Shown here piece by piece: positions 35,955-44,530 of a stretch of DNA of 64,000 nt. Origin of the DNA: an uncultured Bacilli bacterium (GTDB taxonomy: Bacteria; Bacillota_I; Bacilli_A; RFN20; CAG-826); assembly GCA_944358895.1 (NCBI GenBank), contig CALVSB010000006.1, positions 8,573-72,572 of the forward strand. The letters run 5' to 3'. A program made the position numbers and the translations under genes. The notes under the pieces were generated by a model. That model ran no database searches and was not told the origin of the DNA. It was given only the letters and a program-made list of their open reading frames with translations. How positions within the stretch are numbered: the first letter of the stretch is position 1; every line of letters starts with the position of its first letter.

Positions 35955-36786
35955 GCTAGAGTATTGTTTCCACAGCCATACCAAGCGGTGCGGCCACGCC
36001 TTCGGCGAAGACGAAGAATACGTCAAAGCGGCCATGAAGGCTGGCCTCAAGGCCATGGGCTTTTCCGACCACGCGATGTTCCCTTTCATGAGCCAGCCCC
36101 GGATGAGAGGCGACTACTCCCTCCTCCCGGGTTACGTCGCCTCGGTCCGCGACCTCGAGCGGAAGTACGAGGATGAGATTGCCATCCGCCTCGGCTTCGA
36201 GTCGGAATGGATCGGGAAAGACCGCTCTTCTTATTACGAGACCCTGTACCGGGACTACGGTTTCGACTATTTCATCCTCGGCCACCACATGTGGTTCGAC
36301 GCCGATGCGAGCGGCTGGTTCGCCCACCTCCCGACGAAAGAAGCCTTGAAGCGGTACGTCGACGACATCATCGAGGCCATGCAAAGCGGCTACTTCCTCT
36401 ATCTCGCCCACCCCGACCTCTTCATGAGCTGGCACGGGAGCGACTTCGGGCCCATGGAGGAAGAAGCGAGCGAAAGGCTGATCGACGCGGCCGTGAAGTA
36501 CGACATCCCCCTCGAGCTCAACATGGGCTATTCCCGCTGGGGCGACCTCTACAAGGTCGGCGACGTATTGACTTACCTTTATCCCTACCTGCCGTTCTGG
36601 GACATGGTGAAGGAGAGAGGCGCGAAGGTCGTCATCGGCGTCGATGCCCACGACCCTTCCGACTATCAGGACAGCGATTTCGCCTACTTCGAGAACATTG
36701 TCAACGACAAGAAGCTTCGCTTCCTCGAAAAGGATGAAGTGCTGGCCCGGATCGCCGCCCTCAAGGAGCGGTGGGGCCATCGTTAA
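35947..36786 (+). CDS. PHP-family histidinol-phosphatase-like hydrolase
   Basis: HSHTKRCGHA and GFSDHA metal-binding motifs of the PHP/HisJ family. Confidence 0.85.
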   Translation: MNKLEYCFHSHTKRCGHAFGEDEEYVKAAMKAGLKAMGFSDHAMFPFMSQPRMRGDYSLLPGYVASVRDLERKYEDEIAIRLGFESEWIGKDRSSYYETLYRDYGFDYFILGHHMWFDADASGWFAHLPTKEALKRYVDDIIEAMQSGYFLYLAHPDLFMSWHGSDFGPMEEEASERLIDAAVKYDIPLELNMGYSRWGDLYKVGDVLTYLYPYLPFWDMVKERGAKVVIGVDAHDPSDYQDSDFAYFENIVNDKKLRFLEKDEVLARIAALKERWGHR

Positions 36787-36867
36787 GCGCTTTCGCCCCT
36801 CTTTGCCCCATCTTTAAGGGCCAAAAAGATGAGCATATAATGGGGCGTCCAAATAGGAGAATAACCA

Positions 36868-37581
36868 ATGGGAAGACATTTTGAGGTCCGGGCGGCCGCG
36901 ATGGCCGCGACGGCCAAGGCCAAGAGCGCCATTTACATGCGGGCCAGCAAGGAAATCTATGCGGCCGCGAAAAAGGGCATCCCCGATCCGGCGAGCAACC
37001 TCGCCCTCCGGAGCGCCATCGAAAAGTACCGGAAGAGCTGCCCGCGCGACGTCATCGAACGGGCCATCGAGAAGGCCAAGGGCGGCGACAGCGTCGCCTA
37101 CATCGAAGGACGTTACGAGTTCTTCGGCCCCGGCGGATCCCTCATCATCGTCGACACCATGTCCGACAACGGCAACCGGGCTCTCACCGAGGTCCGGACC
37201 ATCGTCACCCGCAAGGGCGGCAAGCCGGGCAGCGTCCTCTACAACTTCGAGATGAAGTCTCTCATCGACCTCAAGGGCGACGAAAAGGCCCGCGATGCCA
37301 TCGAGGAAGGCCTCATCCTCGGCGACGTCGACGTCACGAGCGTCACCTATGAAGACGGCTATGTCGAGATCACCGCCTCCCCGACCGACCTCGAGAAGGC
37401 CAAGGATGTCCTCAAGGGCCTTGGTTACGACGATTTCGATACGGCCGAAGTCACCTTCGTCCCGAACGATTACGTCACCCTCGAAGGCGACGACCTCGAG
37501 CATTTCAAGAAGATGATGGCCGAACTCAACGAGTGCGAAGACGTCCAGAACGTCTACCACAACGTCGAGAACGCCCAATAA
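36868..37581 (+). CDS. YebC/PmpR family DNA-binding transcriptional regulator
   Basis: Full-length YebC-type sequence (KAKSAIYMRASKEIYAAAKKG.PDP). TATAAT plus AGGAGA upstream. Confidence 0.95.
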   Translation: MGRHFEVRAAAMAATAKAKSAIYMRASKEIYAAAKKGIPDPASNLALRSAIEKYRKSCPRDVIERAIEKAKGGDSVAYIEGRYEFFGPGGSLIIVDTMSDNGNRALTEVRTIVTRKGGKPGSVLYNFEMKSLIDLKGDEKARDAIEEGLILGDVDVTSVTYEDGYVEITASPTDLEKAKDVLKGLGYDDFDTAEVTFVPNDYVTLEGDDLEHFKKMMAELNECEDVQNVYHNVENAQ

Positions 37582-37588
37582 GGGAAAC

Positions 37589-37993
37589 GTGAATTTGAAA
37601 AGCTGCCGAAACCTCGAGCGAGTCCTCGTCTACGGGCTCGTAGCGGTCCTCATGGCGGCTTTTTCTTTTTCCGATCTCTCGATTTCGGAAGCGGTGGCCG
37701 ACCAATACGGGTCGGTCCTCGGCATCCTCGGGGCCCTTTACGCCGAGACGCCGTTCACTTTCCTAAGCGCCGTCTCCGCGGCCATCCTTTTCCGCTTCCG
37801 CCCGCGGGGGAAGCGGTGGATCAACGTCATGACGGGATCCTCTTTCTGGCCTGCCTCCTTGGGCTTTCCTTCTACGGCGGGTATCTCCTCCAGGATTATC
37901 CGGGCGACTACGGGATCGACATCCCGAAATGGGTCGGCTATGTCTTGGCCGCCCCCTATGCCGGGCTCGCCCTCCTTATCGCCTATCGGCTGA
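37589..37993 (+). pseudogene. Membrane-protein N-terminal fragment, probably the frameshifted 5' part of the PAP2 gene
   Basis: GTG-start ORF encodes plausible TM helices up to about ...ILFRFRPRGKR, then turns into Ser/Arg/Pro junk. The PAP2 frame opens at the same place, next to a G5 run (37806-37810). Confidence 0.35.
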
Positions 37994-38514
37994 AACCGGT
38001 CGACAAAGCGGCCCTCAACCGGGCGGCCATCGTCGACCTCCTCTATTTCCTCATCGTCGTGATCGTCCTCATGCTTTCCCTCAAGGCCCTTTGGGGAAGG
38101 CCGCGTTACCGCTTCCTCATCTCGGAGCCTAACGATGGCTATTCCTTTCAGCCTTGGTATGTGATTTCGCCCGCAAATCCCGACTCAAGCAATTGGTATT
38201 CCTTTCCAAGCGGGCACACGATGAACGCGACCGGGATGCTGTGCCTGGCCCTCTTTTATAGGAGCCAGCACCCGGTTTTGGACGAGCGTTACTACCTTCT
38301 GAGGGCGGGTCTATTTGCCTTCATTGCCCTGGTGGCCGTCTCCCGGGTCCGGAACGCGGCCCATTTCGCGAGCGACGTCACCGCCGGCTTTTTCCTCGGC
38401 TATCTCGTCCTCGACCTCCTCGAGACCTTCCTCTATCCGCGCCTTGGGAACTGGATGCCGCCTGAAAGCGGTTTGCCTTTCCCTTCCGTTGATACTCCTT
38501 CCTCCTTGTCCTAG
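37816..38514 (+). CDS. PAP2 family phosphatase
   Basis: KALWGRPRYRF, PSGHT and SRVRNAAHFASDV motifs; multi-TM. The GTG start is tentative (see frameshift note). Confidence 0.8.
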   Translation: MDQRHDGILFLACLLGLSFYGGYLLQDYPGDYGIDIPKWVGYVLAAPYAGLALLIAYRLKPVDKAALNRAAIVDLLYFLIVVIVLMLSLKALWGRPRYRFLISEPNDGYSFQPWYVISPANPDSSNWYSFPSGHTMNATGMLCLALFYRSQHPVLDERYYLLRAGLFAFIALVAVSRVRNAAHFASDVTAGFFLGYLVLDLLETFLYPRLGNWMPPESGLPFPSVDTPSSLS

Positions 38515-38526
38515 GCTAGGACGCGT

Positions 38527-39777
38527 ATGGGGTTGGCGCTTCTTCTTGTCATCTATTTGACCTTCGTGAGCCTGGGCCTTCCCGATAGCGTCCTCGGCTC
38601 CTCTTTTCCGGCCATCGCCGGGAACCTCGGCCTTTCGAGCGACCTTGCCGGCTATATCGGGATGGTGGTGACGGCCGGGACGATCCTCTCGGCCTTTTTG
38701 TCTTCTTTCATCCTCCAGAAACTCAAGGCCAAGTACCTCGTGGCCTTCTCCGTTCTCCTTACGGCGGCCGGCCTTCTCGCCTTTTCCTTCGTCTCCGAGG
38801 GCTACGCCTGGGCCTTCTTCCTCATTGCCATCGTGATGGGGCTTGGGGCCGGAGGCATCGACGCTGCCCTCAACAACTTCGTCGCCCTCCATTACAAGCC
38901 GATCCACATGAACTGGCTTCACTGCTCGTGGGGGATCGGGGCCAGCACCGGCCCCCTTATCCTCGGGGCCTTCATCGACCCGGTGACCGATGCCGGGTGG
39001 AACGACGGGGTCCGGGTCCTCGCCTATATCCAGTTCGGGATCGCCCTCCTCATTTTCCTGACCTTGCCCCTATGGGAGAAAGTCGCGGCCAAAAACGCCG
39101 GGAAGAAGACGCTCGAAGACGAGGCCCCGGTCCAGAAAGGCGACCACCGGAAGCTGCTCCGGGAACCGGTTTTCTACTTCGCGGTCGTCGGCTTCTTCGC
39201 CTATTGCTCCCTCGAGACGACCTCCGGCTTCTGGGCCGCGAGCTTCTTCTCCTACGGGAAGGGCCTCGACTCGGCCCTCTCGGCTTCCTTGGCCTCCCTC
39301 TTCTACATCGGGATCGCGGTCGGCCGCTTCCTGAGCGGCTTCCTCTCTTTGAAGATCAAGCCGAAAGGAATGATCCGGCTCGGGGAAGGCATCTTGGTTG
39401 TCGGGGCTGTCATCGCCCTCCTGCCTGGGGTTCCTTGGCAAGTAGCGGCGGTCGGCTTCATTCTCATCGGCCTCGGGTGTGCCCCGATCTACCCGAGCAT
39501 CATCCTTCTCACCCCGTACCGCTTTTCCAAGCGCCTCTCCCAGACGGCCATGTCGATGGAGATGGCCGTGGCCTACCTCGGGAACCTCGTCGTCTCGCCC
39601 CTTTTCGGCCTCGTGGCCAAAAGCCTCGGGGACGCTTACATCCTCCTTCCGTTCGTGACCCTTTTCTTCGCCCTCCTCATGGTCGTGGTCCACGAGTTCA
39701 TCAACGGCAAGCTGAAGAAGCGCGATGCCGCCTTGAGCGAAGAGGAAAAGGAAGCGTACGGGGTCAACGGCCGCTAG
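38527..39777 (+). CDS. MFS transporter
   Basis: About 12 TM segments; MFS-like loops between TM2-3 and TM8-9. Confidence 0.85.
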   Translation: MGLALLLVIYLTFVSLGLPDSVLGSSFPAIAGNLGLSSDLAGYIGMVVTAGTILSAFLSSFILQKLKAKYLVAFSVLLTAAGLLAFSFVSEGYAWAFFLIAIVMGLGAGGIDAALNNFVALHYKPIHMNWLHCSWGIGASTGPLILGAFIDPVTDAGWNDGVRVLAYIQFGIALLIFLTLPLWEKVAAKNAGKKTLEDEAPVQKGDHRKLLREPVFYFAVVGFFAYCSLETTSGFWAASFFSYGKGLDSALSASLASLFYIGIAVGRFLSGFLSLKIKPKGMIRLGEGILVVGAVIALLPGVPWQVAAVGFILIGLGCAPIYPSIILLTPYRFSKRLSQTAMSMEMAVAYLGNLVVSPLFGLVAKSLGDAYILLPFVTLFFALLMVVVHEFINGKLKKRDAALSEEEKEAYGVNGR

Positions 39778-39810
39778 GCCCTTCCCTAAAGGGAACGCAA
39801 GCAAAAACGC

Positions 39811-39839
39811 TTTACAACGCTTCTCCGCGCGCCTATCAT
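39811..39839 (+). promoter_or_regulatory. Sigma70-type promoter for rplM-rpsI: TTTACA-17 nt-TATCAT
   Basis: Hexamers at 39811-39816 and 39834-39839 with a 17-nt spacer, leaving a ~98-nt leader before rplM. Confidence 0.5.
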
Positions 39840-39937
39840 ACACACCGGCACTGACCTAAAGAGTTAAACCCCGGTAAAGTTCAACGTCTATAGGAAAGGT
39901 CTAACATCGACCGCACTTAGCAAGGAAGTAAAAGAAA

Positions 39938-40378
39938 ATGCAACGTCAAACGACCATGGCTAAGCCGCAAGACATCGAGAGAAAGTGGTATCTCGTCGAC
40001 GCCACCGACATCCCGCTTGGACGGCTCGCCTCGAAAATCGCGATGATCATCTCGGGCAAGAACAAGCCCATCTACACCCCGAACCAGGACCTCGGCGACT
40101 TCGTTATCGTCATCAATGCTTCGAAAGTGAACCTCACTGGTGATGCCGAGCACAAGAAGAACTACTACAACGTTTCCGGCTACAACGGCGGCCTCCGTAC
40201 GCGGAGCGCTGGCGTCATGAAGCGGGAATTCCCGGTCGAGATGGTCGAACGCGCCGTCTGGGGCATGCTGAGCAAAGGCCCGCTCGGACGCAAGATCATC
40301 AAGAAGCTCTTCGTCTACGCCGACGACAAGCACGAGCAAACGGCTCAGCAGCCGGTTGTCCTCGACCTCAGCAAATAA
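39938..40378 (+). CDS. rplM: 50S ribosomal protein L13
   Basis: MAKPQDIERKWYLVDA and full-length L13 match. Confidence 0.97.
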   Translation: MQRQTTMAKPQDIERKWYLVDATDIPLGRLASKIAMIISGKNKPIYTPNQDLGDFVIVINASKVNLTGDAEHKKNYYNVSGYNGGLRTRSAGVMKREFPVEMVERAVWGMLSKGPLGRKIIKKLFVYADDKHEQTAQQPVVLDLSK

Positions 40379-40387
40379 GGAGACACC

Positions 40388-40780
40388 ATGAGCGATAAGA
40401 ACATCTATTATGGGACCGGCCGCCGGAAGAGCTCCGTCGCCCGCGTCTATCTGAGCGAAGGCAAGGGAACGATCACGGTCAACGGCCGCGACGTCAACGC
40501 CTACATGCCTTACGCCACCCTCGTTCAGAACCTCAAGCAGCCCCTTACCCTCCTCGGGGTCGACGGGAAGTACGACATCCGTTGCGAAGCGGATGGAGGC
40601 GGCTTCACCGGACAGGCCGAAGCGATCCGCCTTGGCATCGCCCGCGCCCTCCTCGAAGCCGGCGAAGACCGCAAGACCCTCAAGGTCCACGGCATGCTCA
40701 CCCGGAACGCCCGGGCCAAGGAACGTAAGAAGTACGGTCTCAAGGCCGCTCGTCGCGCTCCGCAGTTCTCCAAGCGTTAA
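40388..40780 (+). CDS. rpsI: 30S ribosomal protein S9
   Basis: [14 protein letters not shown] start and the [17 protein letters not shown]-terminus. Confidence 0.97.
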   Translation: MSDKNIYYGTGRRKSSVARVYLSEGKGTITVNGRDVNAYMPYATLVQNLKQPLTLLGVDGKYDIRCEADGGGFTGQAEAIRLGIARALLEAGEDRKTLKVHGMLTRNARAKERKKYGLKAARRAPQFSKR

Positions 40781-40802
40781 TCGCGAGGAAGCGAAATCCC
40801 AA

Positions 40803-40826
40803 GGTCAGCTTCGGCTGGCCTTTTTT
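40803..40826 (+). terminator. Rho-independent terminator after rpsI
   Basis: GGTCAGC-TTCG-GCTGGCC followed by T6. Confidence 0.85.
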
Positions 40827-40880
40827 CGTGCTTGAAGAGTTGGCCAAATGATAGAGAATTGCCTTTAGCGAGGTAAATCA

Positions 40881-42137
40881 ATGGACAGTGACATCGTTAA
40901 GCTGATCGAAGAAGAGCGGGAACGCCAAAACGGGGGCGTCGAGCTGATCGCAAGCGAGAACTATCCTTCCCGGGCCGTGATGGCGGCCCAGGGGAGCATC
41001 CTGACCGACAAATACGCGGAAGGCTATCCGGGCCGCCGCTATTACGGAGGCTGCGAAGTGGTGGATCAGGTCGAGACGCTGGCCATCGAGCGGGCCAAGA
41101 AACTCTTTGGCGTCGGTTACGCGAATGTCCAGCCCCATAGCGGATCCCAAGCCAACTTCGCGGCTTACCGGGCCATGATCAACCCGGGCGACAAGGTTTT
41201 GGCCCTCACCCTCGACGACGGAGGCCATTTGACCCACGGTTCTAACGTTTCCTTCTCGGGCAACCTTTACGAGTTCCATTTCTATCCCCTCGGGGAAGAC
41301 GGGCGGATCGACTACGACCGCCTCTCCGTCCTCCTCGACGAGGTGAACCCGGCCCTTTTCCTGGCCGGCTACTCGGCCTATCCCTTCGAGATCGATTTCG
41401 CGAGAATGCGCCGCCTCATCGACGAGCACGACGCGCGGAAGGGAACCCATACCTTCTTCATGGTCGACATGGCCCACATCGCCGGCATCGTGGCGGCAGG
41501 GCTATGCGACAGCCCCTGCCAGTACGCGGACGTCGTCACCTCGACGACCCACAAGACCCTTCGGGGACCCCGGGGCGGGCTCATCCTTTCCAACAACGAG
41601 AGGCTCTACAAGAAACTCAATTCGGCGGTCTTCCCCTATGCTCAGGGCGGTCCCTTGGAGCATGTGATCGCCGGGAAGGCCGTGGCCTTCGGGGAAGCCC
41701 TCCACCCTTCTTTCAAGGCTTACATGGAAGCCGTCCTCAAGAATACCTATGCCTGCTCCGACGAACTGGAGAAATGCGGGGCCGAGGTTTCGGGAACGGA
41801 GAACCATCTCTTCCTTTGCAACGTGCTCAAGAGCTACGGGATTACCGGAAAGGAAGCGCAAAACCGCCTCGGATCGATCGGAATCACGGTCAATAAGAAC
41901 ATGATCCACGCCGATACGATGCCGCCTTCGAAGGCCAGCGGTATCCGCGTCGGCTTCGCGGCCGCGACCTCGAGGGGCTGCACCGAGGAGGAAGCCCGGC
42001 ATATTGCCCATATCATCGATTCTGCCCTGCGGACGACCGATCCGGATGAACTTGCTAGGCTCAAAGAAGAGGCTTCCAAGATCGCAAAAGGGTGGAAAGA
42101 TATCGCCTCCCTCGACTATCCGTCGATTGCCGAGTGA
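40881..42137 (+). CDS. glyA: Serine hydroxymethyltransferase
   Basis: TTHKTLRGPRGG PLP-lysine block, full-length SHMT match. Confidence 0.97.
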   Translation: MDSDIVKLIEEERERQNGGVELIASENYPSRAVMAAQGSILTDKYAEGYPGRRYYGGCEVVDQVETLAIERAKKLFGVGYANVQPHSGSQANFAAYRAMINPGDKVLALTLDDGGHLTHGSNVSFSGNLYEFHFYPLGEDGRIDYDRLSVLLDEVNPALFLAGYSAYPFEIDFARMRRLIDEHDARKGTHTFFMVDMAHIAGIVAAGLCDSPCQYADVVTSTTHKTLRGPRGGLILSNNERLYKKLNSAVFPYAQGGPLEHVIAGKAVAFGEALHPSFKAYMEAVLKNTYACSDELEKCGAEVSGTENHLFLCNVLKSYGITGKEAQNRLGSIGITVNKNMIHADTMPPSKASGIRVGFAAATSRGCTEEEARHIAHIIDSALRTTDPDELARLKEEASKIAKGWKDIASLDYPSIAE

Positions 42138-42167
42138 GGGCCTTTCCTCGATTAATGAACTTCCCGC

Positions 42168-42196
42168 TTGCCAGCCGAAGGGCAGAGGTTTATATT
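42168..42196 (+). promoter_or_regulatory. Candidate promoter for tRNA-Ile: TTGCCA-17 nt-TATATT
   Basis: Hexamers at 42168-42173 and 42191-42196; the tRNA starts 21 nt later. Confidence 0.45.
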
Positions 42197-42217
42197 TATC
42201 GAGCACCTCGGTGCGAT

Positions 42218-42294
42218 GGGCCTTTAGCTCAGCTGGTTAGAGCGTGCGCTTGATAAGCGCAAGGTCGATGGTTCGAGCCCATTAAGGCCCACCA
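42218..42294 (+). tRNA. tRNA-Ile (anticodon GAT), CCA encoded
   Basis: Full cloverleaf folded by hand: acceptor GGGCCTT/AAGGCCC, D arm GCTC..GAGC, anticodon arm TGCGC-TTGATAA-GCGCA, T arm GATGG-TTCGAGC-CCATT. Confidence 0.95.
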
Positions 42295-42307
42295 AGGAAG
42301 CAAGAAG

Positions 42308-42333
42308 CGGGTTTGGAAACAAACCCGTTTTTT
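42308..42333 (+). terminator. Rho-independent terminator between the two tRNAs
   Basis: CGGGTTT-GGAAAC-AAACCCG followed by T6. Confidence 0.85.
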
Positions 42334-42364
42334 CGTCCCTTGTCGTCCTTCGAAACAAAAAACC

Positions 42365-42393
42365 TTTGTCGGAGGACCGCTCCGGCCTATAAT
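42365..42393 (+). promoter_or_regulatory. Candidate promoter for tRNA-Val: TTTGTC-17 nt-TATAAT
   Basis: Hexamers at 42365-42370 and 42388-42393. Confidence 0.5.
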
Positions 42394-42424
42394 CATGCAT
42401 GCGCACGCCGCTAGGCGGCTCGTT

Positions 42425-42499
42425 GGGTGTTTAGCTCAGTGGGAGAGCGCTTCCTTCACACGGAAGAGGTCGTGGGTTCGAAACCCGCAACACCCACCA
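42425..42499 (+). tRNA. tRNA-Val (anticodon CAC), CCA encoded
   Basis: Cloverleaf: acceptor GGGTGTT/AACACCC, anticodon arm CTTCC-TTCACAC-GGAAG, T arm GTGGG-TTCGAAA-CCCGC. Confidence 0.93.
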
Positions 42500-42509
42500 T
42501 TGAAATCGC

Positions 42510-42533
42510 CCCCTCTTCAGGGGTTTTCTTTTT
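42510..42533 (+). terminator. Rho-independent terminator after tRNA-Val
   Basis: CCCCT-CTTC-AGGGG followed by TTTTCTTTTT. Confidence 0.7.
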
Positions 42534-42563
42534 ACCCTTCGATGCCTTGACTACAATAGGGAC

Positions 42564-44444
42564 ATGAATGACTTCGACATTGTGATTCTCCACGGGGCGC
42601 CGAGCCTTTATTACAAGGGAATCGGCCTTTTGCGCGACTTCTCCCTCCAGGCTTCTTTGACCCATGGCGGCGAACTTCCCCTTCCTCTCCGCGAGGTGAG
42701 GAAAGAAGAAGGAAAGATTGTCCTCGACTACTCGTTGCTTCCCTTCGAGGAAGTCCTGCTGACCATCGAGGAAGAAAAAGGCCTCCTCGTCATGTCGATC
42801 AAGGCTTCCCTCTCTTCTTTCTCCAAAAGCTTTTCCTCTTATTTCAATGCCCGGAGGACCATCGTCCTCACCTATTTTCCCTTCGAGGAGGGAGGCGATT
42901 TCGCCTCGCTCCGGTTCGACGAGGACCGCGCCTGCTTAGCGACATCCTTTCCTTCTTCCTACAAAGAAGTTCCGCTTCGCTCCGAGCGGCTGCTCCTCCG
43001 CCATGGGGATGGGGTCAGCGGGCTCTTCGCCTTACCGGGAACGCTCGAATGCTCGCTCGGCAAAAACGAAGTGGTCGTTTCCTCGGGACGGGAGTGCCTC
43101 ACCTCGATCGAAGGGTCGTTCCTGGCTCTCGCCCGGGCGAAAGACGTTTCCGCCCTCGTCGCGTCTTTCGAGGATCTCACGGCCGTCCCGCTTTCCACGA
43201 TGATCAAGGGTCCGGCCTATCGCCTTGCCTACTCGCCCTATGAGTTCTACCAGGATCGGTATGAGGAAAAGGACATCCTGAGGCGAGTCGACGAGCTGAT
43301 CGAAGGCGGCATCCTGCTCGATGCCGTCATTCTCCGCGGTTCCTTCTTCCAAGAAGAGAAAGGGGCCCTCGCCGACTTCGAACTCGATCCCTCGCGTTTC
43401 CCTTCTGGGCTGAAGGGCCTCGCAAGTGCCCTGCACGCGCGGAGGCTTTCCCTCCACGTTCGCCTCCCCCTTTCCGGCGGGGCCCGCTTCTTTAGCCCCG
43501 CGGGCGACATCGCCCGGGAACTCGGATCTCATTTCGACACCCTGCCCGGCGGCAATCTTCTCATCAAGCCGGAGCAAGAAGCGGTGGCGGCCGTCTTTTT
43601 CGCCTGCCTTTCGTTCCTTGCCTCTTCGGGCGTCGGCGGCCTCGAGGTCGAGGGTCTCTCCCTCCTTCCCCGTTACTATGCCGGGCTCCTTCCTTCGGAG
43701 AGCCTGGTCGATCTTTTCCTGAAAGGCCTGCTTCCTTCCCTTTCCCTATTTAAGGAAGGGGTGGGCTTTGCCACCTCCTCGTCCAAGGAAGCCCGGCGGT
43801 TCCTGGGCCTGCCTATCGTCTATGACGGCCGCACCTCCCTCACGAGGGAAAAAGGCTTCGAGGAATCGACCTCCGAACTCTTGCTCAGCGCTTCTTCCTT
43901 GAAGGGCCACCCCTTGGTCGGGCCCTCCGTCGTGCCGCTCGGGGAAGATGCCCTCGAGGGGATGGTTCTTTCGCTCCTTCTCGATAGCCCATTGGTCCTG
44001 AGCGGCCCGGCCGGAAGCGGCGACCTTCCTTTCATCAAAGCTTTCCTCCGGAACGGAGCCCCCTACGGGCGGGCCGAAGGTCTCCCTTCTCTCGCCGCCT
44101 CCGATCTCTGGAGCAACGCCCTACTCGAAAACCGGGCGATCAAAGTCATCAGCCAAGCCAAAGGCGGCTATCTATTCGCCTCCTTCTCCAAATGCCCCTC
44201 GCCCCTCAAGCGGGAACTCCGCTACGAGGACTTCCCCTTTGAGGGCGAGTATCTGGCCATTCCCTCCCTCGGCGGGCAGCCTTCTTTCTTCCTTCCTGGC
44301 GTCTCTTTGCCCTATGAAGTGAAGAAAAGCCAGCCGGTTCTTTACGAACTGATCAAACTCGAAGACGGTGCCTGCCGTGTGGTTAATGAAACCAGTTTAC
44401 TCCGTTACGAAGCGACCGCGCCTTTAAAGCGCTTCCTCAAGTGA
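42564..44444 (+). CDS. Cytoplasmic hypothetical protein, 626 aa, distant GH36/GH27-like TIM-barrel segment
   Basis: No signal peptide. DAVILRGSFFQEEKGALADFELDPSRFPSGLKGLASALHARRLSLHVRL resembles the DDGWF...FP.GL...H..GMKFGLW region of alpha-galactosidases, but with the DDGW replaced. Confidence 0.6.
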   Translation: MNDFDIVILHGAPSLYYKGIGLLRDFSLQASLTHGGELPLPLREVRKEEGKIVLDYSLLPFEEVLLTIEEEKGLLVMSIKASLSSFSKSFSSYFNARRTIVLTYFPFEEGGDFASLRFDEDRACLATSFPSSYKEVPLRSERLLLRHGDGVSGLFALPGTLECSLGKNEVVVSSGRECLTSIEGSFLALARAKDVSALVASFEDLTAVPLSTMIKGPAYRLAYSPYEFYQDRYEEKDILRRVDELIEGGILLDAVILRGSFFQEEKGALADFELDPSRFPSGLKGLASALHARRLSLHVRLPLSGGARFFSPAGDIARELGSHFDTLPGGNLLIKPEQEAVAAVFFACLSFLASSGVGGLEVEGLSLLPRYYAGLLPSESLVDLFLKGLLPSLSLFKEGVGFATSSSKEARRFLGLPIVYDGRTSLTREKGFEESTSELLLSASSLKGHPLVGPSVVPLGEDALEGMVLSLLLDSPLVLSGPAGSGDLPFIKAFLRNGAPYGRAEGLPSLAASDLWSNALLENRAIKVISQAKGGYLFASFSKCPSPLKRELRYEDFPFEGEYLAIPSLGGQPSFFLPGVSLPYEVKKSQPVLYELIKLEDGACRVVNETSLLRYEATAPLKRFLK

Positions 44445-44530
44445 GTTGACCCAAAAACGTTGCTTTTTGCCCCAAATGACCCCCAAAATAATTGGCACTA
44501 GGAAAGTGCCGGCCAACATAGGAGGGTTTC

